From Lysobacterales bacterium (lineage in GTDB: Bacteria; Pseudomonadota; Gammaproteobacteria; Xanthomonadales; SZUA-36), in NCBI GenBank assembly GCA_041571375.1, contig JBFFUJ010000001.1:1-41145 (forward strand): a stretch of DNA of 41,145 bases, in the 5' to 3' direction. Positions 36,601 to 41,145 of the stretch are shown here, one piece after another. Position 1 is the stretch's first letter, and every line of letters starts with the position of its first letter. The notes beneath the pieces are model-generated. The model was given only the letters and a program-made list of their open reading frames with translations, made no database searches and was not told the origin of the DNA. A program made the position numbers and the translations under genes.

Positions 36601-39600
36601 TGGTGACCTCAGGCATCAGGTTTTTCGCCCCGGCAATGCCTCGGTAGCTCGTGCTGCAGAAGCGCGCCACCAGAAAGCGCAGCAGATACACTGCCTCGTG
36701 TCGGCTGCCGCAGGCATTCAGACGCCTCAGCACCACGGCCAGGTCGCGCAGCCGCGAGACCTGGATGGCGGGCATCTCGCCCACGTCGAGGTGGTAGATT
36801 TCCTGCTCGAGGTCGATGGCCTCGCCGAGTTTCCCGACCAACCCCGCAATCATCGGGTCGGTAATGATCGTGCCCTGCGGCAGGCGCTGCTCCGCGAGCA
36901 AACGGTCCTCCTCGGCCGCGAGGGAATGGACCGCCAGCCGCCCCTGAGCATCGAAGGGGACCAGCAGGGCATCGTCCTGGCGGAAGATCCGGTGATTGGC
37001 GATTTCGAACAACGGATACCGCTGCCCGATGCGGGCCATGGTCTCGAGGTAGCAGCGCAGCGCCGCACTGTGGGCCTGTTCCGGCGAGTCGGGGGTTGAA
37101 TAAGCAGCAATCAGGGCGCGGTTCAGGGCGGCGAGTTGGTCGCGTTCGCCCGCATCGAAAGCAGCAGGTTCGCCGGCCGCCGCGCGTTTCACCGGCGTCG
37201 GCGGCAGCGCCCCCGCCAGGTCCTTTTCCGGCCATTCATACAGGGCCGTGACTTCACGCAATGCCTCGTGCAGGGGGCGGTTCCGCGCCTCCAGCCTGGC
37301 GTTCACCTCGCGCAAGGCCTGCAGATAGTCGTCGAAGCGGCTGCCGTGGATGACCACACCGTGAAAAGCGGCCAGGCGCTCGATAATGACCAGCATCTCC
37401 TCCCGCAGAAACTCATACAGCTCCTGCCCACGGACACTGGCGACGCCCCGCGCCAGGGCCAGCGAGGTGGACAGGATCGCGTTCATGCCGACGTTCTGCT
37501 TGCGTTGCATTACCTGGACCTGCGCGTCCCGCGGCGCTTCAACGTCCAGCTTCCCCCGGCGCTCGGCCGTGGACAGCTCCAGCCCCAGCAACGCCCGGTC
37601 GATGTCCAGCAGGCTCCAGTCCGCGATATTCCGGGCCTCGAACAGGGGCGCGATGAACTCGTGCACGTGATCGACCGCGAACAGGCAACCCTTGCCGTTG
37701 TACCGTCCCGCTCGCCGCGCCAGCTCGAGCAGCACCTCGTCTGCACAATCCGCGGGAACGGCTTCCGTCCGAATGGCATAGACACCGGGTTCGACTTCTT
37801 TCAGCAGTTGGCCGTGGCGCTCGACGATTTCCGTGTACTCGGCCCCTTCGAATACCGCATCCACAACGTGGACCGCCTCGCCGGTGCCGGCAGAAGTGCC
37901 CAGCGGGGTCGCCCCATGGAAACTCATCCGGACCCCGCCATCGGCGCCGGTTCCCGGCAGCGCCAGGTCGACGTCCACGCCGACAGTTGGAATGCCGGCG
38001 TTGGTGGGCTCTTCCTGGGCCCGCACGCGGGCTACGGTCGCCCGCTCCGGCGGCACCGGCTCCCGCACGTCCCCCTCCGCAATGCGGTCCATCTGCTTGG
38101 CAATGGCCTGATACTTGATCAGCCGCTCGGTATTGGCCCCGCCTCCGGCTTTCAGGCCCAAGGCATTACCCGCCAGCGCGATGTGGGCCTCCATGTCGTC
38201 GTTCGGACTCTTCGACCGGTGCGACACGACGATTTCCAGTCCCTTGCCCAAAGCCACCAGCATGGCCAGCAGGGTCTCATAAAGCGTCCCGATCTGGTTG
38301 GCCTTGACCAGCACGGTGTTGATCAGCCCATGCTCGGCAGCCATTTCGATCGTTCGGTCATTGGTGGTCACCAGATCATCGCCGATCACCAGGATGCGGT
38401 CGCCCAGACGCTCGAGCAGCAGCCGCCAGCCTGCGTGGTCGTTTTCGGAGAATCCGTCTTCGATGGACAGGATCGGGATATCGAGGTCACGGACCGCCCG
38501 CTCGTAGACGGCCAGAACGCCGTCACGGTCCAGCACCTTCTTGGCATGATCGCGCCAGAACAGGTACATGCCGACAGCGTCCGGAACATCGAATTCCTCG
38601 CGGTAGGCGATTTCCAGTTCCGACAGGGCCGGATCGAGGGCCAGCGCTACATCGATACCGGGACGGTAACCGCATTCCTCGATAGCCCTTTTCATCAGGT
38701 CCCACAGGCGCAGTTCCGGCAGCTCGTATTCGGCCCGGTCGACGTAGGGGGCCAGGCCGCCCTCCAGGCCGATGCCCATCACACGGCAGCCCTCCGCCGA
38801 CTCGAGTATTTCCTTGAGCCGATTCTGCAGCCGCACGGTCATTTCCTGGGCCTCCTGGGAATCCTCCGCACCGAGGATCAGGAACATGGCTTCCTGCATG
38901 CTGACGTTCGACTCGGGATATTCCTTTTCTGTATGGCGGCCGCCCATGCCGCAGTTGCGGAATTGCCAGGGTGCGCGTACCACGCCAAGCCGCGGGTGGG
39001 TGGCGTCCTGCATGCTGCGCTGGCTGAGGCGGCGGCGCGCATCCGGGGCCAGCCCCAGCCAGCCCGACGACTTGGGCAGGGCCGCGGCCGTCTCGCTGGC
39101 GAGGCGTTCGCGGCGCTGGAACTCGCGGTATTTGCCGGGATCCGCAAGCAGAAAGTCGAGTCCCGTCACCAGGCCCAGGCCCAGCAGCAGTCGCCCGCCA
39201 TAGAGTGCGCCGTCGAACTCCCCGAGCAGACCGATCGCCAGCAGCACCGCGGCCAAGGGCAGCGCCACCCGCGCGACCGCCAGGCTGGCCCGTGGACCCG
39301 CGGCAGCGACCGCCAGATTGTAGGGGGCGTCAGGATAGTAATTGAGGCCCTCGCGCTTCACCCCTACGGCACGTCCAAAGGGGATGCGCAGGAACATGCC
39401 GGCCAGATACCGCGCCCGGGCGAGCCACGGCTGGGCCAACCGACGGGCGACCTCATCCTGGATGGACTCGTTGAGCGCCCGCAGGCGGGCGGCTTCGAGA
39501 ACGTGCCCCAGTTCATGCAGCGACACGGCCGAGTGGAACACCAGGTAGGTGAAGGCGGCGGAGATCAGGGTCTCCGGGCTTACAAAAATGAATCGGAGAA

Positions 39601-39763
39601 CCTCCGCCCGCGATGCTGCGTCAGCCGGGATCGCGAGCACAGAGGAGATGAAGGCGGCGTGAAAGGAAACCAGAATATGGTTGGCGATCACCCAGCCTTC
39701 CTGCAGCATAGACCGCTCAGAAGACAGCGAAGTCGCACGCTTGTCCGGGACGATTGAACCCAT
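33656..39763 (-). CDS. Giant multidomain protein: M50-like membrane domain + permuted enolase + unknown ~730-aa region + PPDK/PEPS-type ATP-grasp and phosphohistidine swivel domains
   Basis: The frame is uninterrupted from 39910 (GTG) to the TGA at 33656..33658. The ATG at 39761..39763 (GGAG 11 nt upstream) is preferred, giving 2035 aa; the ATG at 39709 is also possible. Domain motifs are listed in the sub-features below. Residue numbers used in this answer follow the ORF-track protein (residue 1 at 39910). Confidence 0.85.
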   Translation of the reverse strand: MGSIVPDKRATSLSSERSMLQEGWVIANHILVSFHAAFISSVLAIPADAASRAEVLRFIFVSPETLISAAFTYLVFHSAVSLHELGHVLEAARLRALNESIQDEVARRLAQPWLARARYLAGMFLRIPFGRAVGVKREGLNYYPDAPYNLAVAAAGPRASLAVARVALPLAAVLLAIGLLGEFDGALYGGRLLLGLGLVTGLDFLLADPGKYREFQRRERLASETAAALPKSSGWLGLAPDARRRLSQRSMQDATHPRLGVVRAPWQFRNCGMGGRHTEKEYPESNVSMQEAMFLILGAEDSQEAQEMTVRLQNRLKEILESAEGCRVMGIGLEGGLAPYVDRAEYELPELRLWDLMKRAIEECGYRPGIDVALALDPALSELEIAYREEFDVPDAVGMYLFWRDHAKKVLDRDGVLAVYERAVRDLDIPILSIEDGFSENDHAGWRLLLERLGDRILVIGDDLVTTNDRTIEMAAEHGLINTVLVKANQIGTLYETLLAMLVALGKGLEIVVSHRSKSPNDDMEAHIALAGNALGLKAGGGANTERLIKYQAIAKQMDRIAEGDVREPVPPERATVARVRAQEEPTNAGIPTVGVDVDLALPGTGADGGVRMSFHGATPLGTSAGTGEAVHVVDAVFEGAEYTEIVERHGQLLKEVEPGVYAIRTEAVPADCADEVLLELARRAGRYNGKGCLFAVDHVHEFIAPLFEARNIADWSLLDIDRALLGLELSTAERRGKLDVEAPRDAQVQVMQRKQNVGMNAILSTSLALARGVASVRGQELYEFLREEMLVIIERLAAFHGVVIHGSRFDDYLQALREVNARLEARNRPLHEALREVTALYEWPEKDLAGALPPTPVKRAAAGEPAAFDAGERDQLAALNRALIAAYSTPDSPEQAHSAALRCYLETMARIGQRYPLFEIANHRIFRQDDALLVPFDAQGRLAVHSLAAEEDRLLAEQRLPQGTIITDPMIAGLVGKLGEAIDLEQEIYHLDVGEMPAIQVSRLRDLAVVLRRLNACGSRHEAVYLLRFLVARFCSTSYRGIAGAKNLMPEVTRVRAELVEFMNGPFASRLRLPTRILVRSISGMVSRPKLIDEVWQDTIDLAEVQVRGSAIANEIRRSTHHAMGKQTLALARAYQRWLDTGQAAFPDPEREIPTAADEAARADPRAVNLVGRIVGNLEQLLGTSQVATRIAEWQEGYAAELTRCESTNTLSEELESLVVNGIRADNRWVYQHRLRSLANKARGGDWADEARQAFEAGLALLREMEPGEDGFDAVRAEDLARKTVADFVRRLRADHQDALFAELEALVACYQNGNQFRAFEQCCALRRHTENLCGRGVFASQRYLLHQLDCVLEELGYFALRHLASDYQEHGLDLAQCLRVVFLCAGNLELDGLFSRELWDLSAMLVHPARSPSELLDVLEQVQRNYHRLVHRVSEAYDVMAGHLGYSEIEMRAVLGNFQRTMHDLNSLVHFSDLARAHIAERRANLPQLGSGSMGENPWDFIHLSHRDDVVRRVEDSESVSLQARYGGKGSGLIYIAYLGVPTRDAFIIPTVLPRMNLHRREPEKLERELLRHVEILEQDIARESGSPVRLGDPSAPLLLAIRGGSVFSMPGQLSTVVFAGITDAVAEELAREDEWFAWDAYRRFLASYSAAVWHLDLEELNLVEEAKRRHGVALKIDLPGHAMREIVEASKAAIHEAGHGEELDAVLQDVELQLVRSMRAVFDSWNGPRAERYRSIKHLSDGWHTAVIVQQMAAGNRSNEEPLKPGMDETRISLTGVIPHTRMTGAGFRVFTGDVKFSACGDDLVGGLTAAKSFEPVAELHAQAPMLERKLNHISARLRRFLGSDAEIEFTVERGVLSVLQTRSAQLELQHEAQTFREPGAPAGRGIGIAGGAFRGLVAFDDEDVQLLKQEYATLPDEVDGILLVLENPIPDEIPLILSVDGLLAARGGSTSHAAVAVHGIDDRPYAAVLGVAELRVYRDEAVLVDEAGKPMHCLQRGDILSIHGQTGEVYFGFRPVFAIDPEVAGAAESSH
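33716..34108 (-). other. Domain: PEP-utilising-enzyme mobile (phosphohistidine swivel) domain
   Basis: GIGIAGGAFRGLVAF...ILLVLENPIPDEIPLILSVDGLLAARGGSTSHAAVAVHG...LSIHGQTGEVYFG. The TSH histidine codon is at 33896..33898. Confidence 0.8.
34136..35200 (-). other. Domain: PPDK/PEP-synthase N-terminal nucleotide-binding (ATP-grasp) domain
   Basis: YGGKGSGLIYIAYLGVP, PLLLAIRGGSVFSMPGQLSTVVFAGI, WDAYRRFLASY, AVFDSWNGPRAERYRSI, TAVIVQQMAAGN and AEIEFTVERGVLSVLQTRSA. These are collinear with the PPDK motifs GGKGANL, LLVSVRSGAxxSMPGMMDTxLNLG, YDSYRRF, AVFxSWxxxRAxxYR, TAVNVQxMVFGN and DIEFTIExGxLxxLQTR. Confidence 0.8.
37397..38038 (-). other. Domain: enolase N-terminal domain, located after the barrel
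   Basis: GIPTVGVDVDL, GATPLGTSAGTGEAVHVVD, YNGKGCLFAVDHVHEFIAPLF, LLDIDRALL, and NVGMNAILSTSLALARGVA...ELYEFL. These are collinear with the canonical GNPTVEVEV, PSGASTGxxEAxElrD, GKGVxxAVxNVN, iDxxm and LGANAILxVSLAxAkAaA...PLYxYl. Confidence 0.75.
38075..38977 (-). other. Domain: enolase C-terminal TIM-barrel
   Basis: SMQEAMFLI, GLEGGLAP, ALALDPALSE, LSIEDGF (38453..38467 encodes SIEDG), VIGDDLVTTN, VLVKANQIGTLYE, VVSHRSKSPND and LKAGGGANTERLIKYQ. These are collinear with the canonical enolase motifs QEFMI, DEGGFAP, ALDxAASE, SIEDG, VGDDLxVTN, KxNQIGTLTE, SHRSGETED and IKTG...R..KYNQ. Confidence 0.8.
39143..39703 (-). other. Domain: M50/site-2-protease-like polytopic membrane region
   Basis: HELGH (39503..39517) sits in a hydrophobic segment. 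It is followed by VAAAGP and a hydrophobic LLGEFDGALYGG segment, the order seen in SpoIVFB/RseP-type peptidases (HExxH ... AGP ... xDG). Confidence 0.55.
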
Positions 39764-40011
39764 CTCACCCGCGCTCCGTGAGGTTGCAGGCAGGTTACAT
39801 GCTACGCCCGGCCGGACACCATGATTTGCATCACTGCGAGGCCATCCTCCGGCTGCGGCCAGCCTGAGCGCTGCTGGTAAAAATGACCCATCCGGAGTGG
39901 TTTCCGCCACCCCGGCAGGCCTTCAGGGCACTGGCCCCCGGTTTTTTGGGTCCGTCCCATGGCATGGAATGTGCATGACTTCCTTGTCGGAATCTGCAGA
40001 GGAGGTCGAGG

Positions 40012-40242
40012 ATGGGGCACGGTTCATGCGGTAACGTGATCGCGGCGTTGGCGAGTTTTTTCATTCCCGGCCTGGGACAGCTGCTGCAGGGCCGCTGGCT
40101 GCTGGCAGGGATCATGTTCGTTCTGACGGCGCTGCTCTGGCTGATCCTGCTCGGTTGGATCATTCACCTGTGGTCGATCATCGACGCCGCTCTGTTCGAG
40201 CCCCCCGACCCGTGGCAACGCTATGAATACCGGCGCGGCTGA
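40012..40242 (+). CDS. Small two-TM membrane protein (PGLGQ motif)
   Basis: ATG at 40012 after GGAGG. 76 aa with FFIPGLGQLLQGRW followed by a second hydrophobic helix. It is divergent from the giant gene. Confidence 0.55.
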   Translation: MGHGSCGNVIAALASFFIPGLGQLLQGRWLLAGIMFVLTALLWLILLGWIIHLWSIIDAALFEPPDPWQRYEYRRG

Positions 40243-40264
40243 GGCTGCGGAAGGGTCGGATGTT

Positions 40265-40705
40265 TCAGGCCGCCAGCTGCTGGTCGATCCAGGCCTCGAT
40301 GTCGCCCGCCGACATGACACCGGAGTGCCTCGCGATCTCTTCGCCAGCGCGAAACAGTATCATCGTGGGAATGCTGCGGATGTTGTGCTGCTGGGCGATC
40401 AGCTGCTCCTCGTCAGTGTTCAGCTTGGTAAATTTGACGCGTGATTCAAGGGCGCGGGCTGCCTGCTCGAAGGCCGGCGCCATCGCCTTGCAGGGACCGC
40501 ACCACGCAGCCCAGAAATCCACCAATATCGGGATTTCACTGTCCGCAAGGGTTTCGCTGAAGGTTGCCGACGTCAGGTCGGCGGGTTTCGCAGCAAACAT
40601 GTGACGGCCGCAGGAACCGCACAGCAGCTGGTCATTGAACTGCTCGGCAGGGATGCGTTCGACGGCAGCGCAATACGGGCAGGTCACTTTCCTGGAAAAA
40701 GTCAT
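40265..40705 (-). CDS. trxC: Thioredoxin 2 (zinc-finger N-terminal extension)
   Basis: ATG at 40703..40705 after GGAGGAA. 146 aa with an N-terminal CPYC...CGSC zinc ribbon and the WCGPC active site. The ORF-track extension to 40978 is rejected. Confidence 0.9.
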   Translation of the reverse strand: MTFSRKVTCPYCAAVERIPAEQFNDQLLCGSCGRHMFAAKPADLTSATFSETLADSEIPILVDFWAAWCGPCKAMAPAFEQAARALESRVKFTKLNTDEEQLIAQQHNIRSIPTMILFRAGEEIARHSGVMSAGDIEAWIDQQLAA

Positions 40706-40826
40706 CGAGCATTCCTCCGCCAGCCCTGGTGCCGACATTTTATGAACTATGTCTAAGCCAAGTGCGGGCCGTCGAATCCGGTTACAAGGGCCCTGCGCTG
40801 CCGATTGAGGCCCGCCCGGCGGAGGC

Positions 40827-41145
40827 TCAGAACGACAACTCGCGCCATCCGCCAGGCACCAGGGGATAGTACAGCGCTGCACGTACTGGCCGCTCTTCCA
40901 GCGCCCGGTAAGCGGCGACGTATCGCGACAGCTGCGCCCGGTAGCGCTGCGCCTCCTCATCCAGAAAGGCCGACGCATCCGCCCCCTCGTGGATGCCGGT
41001 CTTGTAGTCGATGACCCAGCGGGCGCCCTCCCGGTCGATGAAACTGCGGTCTACGACGACATGATGCAGTCGACCCTCGATCAGTGCGCTGAGGGGCACT
41101 TCGCACCGTGCATCCCGATGCGCGGAGGAAAGAATCCACTGACCG
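40827..41145 (-). CDS. C-terminal part of a PD-(D/E)XK (RecB/AddB-type) nuclease-domain protein; 5' end lies outside the window
   Basis: Motif GRLHHVVVDR...WVIDYKTG, typical of RecB-family nuclease domains. The frame stays open from 41099 (GTG) to the window end, so the gene continues beyond 41145. Confidence 0.6.
   Translation of the reverse strand, partial: GQWILSSAHRDARCEVPLSALIEGRLHHVVVDRSFIDREGARWVIDYKTGIHEGADASAFLDEEAQRYRAQLSRYVAAYRALEERPVRAALYYPLVPGGWRELSF

Noticed and set aside
37136-39757. 873-aa plus-strand ORF antisense to the giant gene. Similar long antisense ORFs occur at 14645..16651, 34292..35575, 11290..12351, 21977..23140, 25538..26578, 19644..20927, 20635..21570, 3019..3924 and 4669..6075.
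   Set aside because: All lie opposite genes with strong family motifs. They are Arg/Pro/Gly/His-rich with no recognisable domains, and several start with non-ATG codons. Long stop-free antisense frames are an expected by-product of high GC content and GC3-biased codon usage.
39764-39910. The first 49 residues of the giant ORF (from GTG at 39910).
   Set aside because: The composition is Ala/Arg/Pro/Gly-rich and looks non-coding. The first ATG (39763) has a GGAG upstream and precedes the first TM segment. This is kept as an open question rather than excluded outright.
33656-39910. Possibility that the giant ORF is an ordinary PPDK or PEP synthase adjacent to an enolase gene that were merged by a sequencing error.
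   Set aside because: The domain order (enolase first, ATP-grasp/swivel last), the roughly 730-aa spacer, the permuted enolase and the missing PEP/pyruvate barrel are not what a simple fusion of two normal genes would give. I see no internal stop or start/RBS signature at the junctions. Only resequencing can fully exclude an assembly artefact.
39920-39960. Short GC stem followed by a T6 run (gggcactggccc..ggtttttt) upstream of the 40012 gene, as a possible attenuator or terminator.
   Set aside because: The stem is only 4-5 bp and there is no upstream plus-strand gene to terminate, which is too weak to call.
1-41145. Searched for tRNA, rRNA, CRISPR repeats, IS/transposase, integrase, phage or toxin-antitoxin signatures, and for marked compositional islands.
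   Set aside because: None recognised by eye. Intergenic regions are short, and GC content looks uniform apart from slightly AT-richer promoter regions (for example about 3930..3980, 10100..10215 and 11040..11142).

Overview
GC-rich bacterial chromosomal window, proteobacterial in character (Sec, Tat and lipobox signals; gene families). I can support about 38 protein-coding genes. I recognised no rRNA, tRNA, CRISPR array, IS element or prophage. Most of the window is housekeeping or accessory metabolism: pgm, malQ-glgX, three to four MFS transporters, crcB plus DUF190, trxC, SDRs, a Rieske oxygenase, a cysteine-synthase-family enzyme, a carboxyltransferase, and glutathione/thiol-related small enzymes (GFA, MAPEG, VOC). 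The outstanding feature is one uninterrupted 6.1-6.25 kb minus-strand gene (33656..39763, frame open to 39910). It fuses four recognisable parts: (i) an M50/site-2-protease-like membrane domain with HELGH; (ii) a complete enolase in which the C-terminal barrel precedes the N-terminal domain, an apparent circular permutation; (iii) about 730 aa with no motif I recognise; (iv) a PPDK/PEP-synthase-type ATP-grasp domain plus a phosphohistidine swivel domain (GGSTSHAAV). The usual PEP/pyruvate-binding barrel is absent. I do not recognise this architecture. It heads a roughly 12 kb co-directional gene string. That string also holds a VOC lipoprotein, an unlisted 51-aa lipoprotein ORF, a TerB-like/BRCT fusion, a Rieske oxygenase, an SDR, a META lipoprotein and two tandem paralogous secreted 10-cysteine proteins of unknown family. 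Other notable items are an incomplete AmmeMemoRadiSam locus (B and radical SAM, no A) coupled to a secreted Pcm and a membrane-embedded spermidine-synthase-like fusion; an orphan class-I-like HMG-CoA reductase with an N-terminal extension; and a stand-alone DUF5706/Pycsar-effector-like membrane protein. Technical note: several 'M' residues at the start of ORF-track entries are GTG or TTG codons when read in the DNA (for example 39910, 17119, 10079, 18688, 32473, 29780, 41099). I re-picked starts from the sequence where signal peptides, RBS-like purine runs or family-typical N-termini supported it. All homology calls rest on motif recognition by eye; no database search was run.
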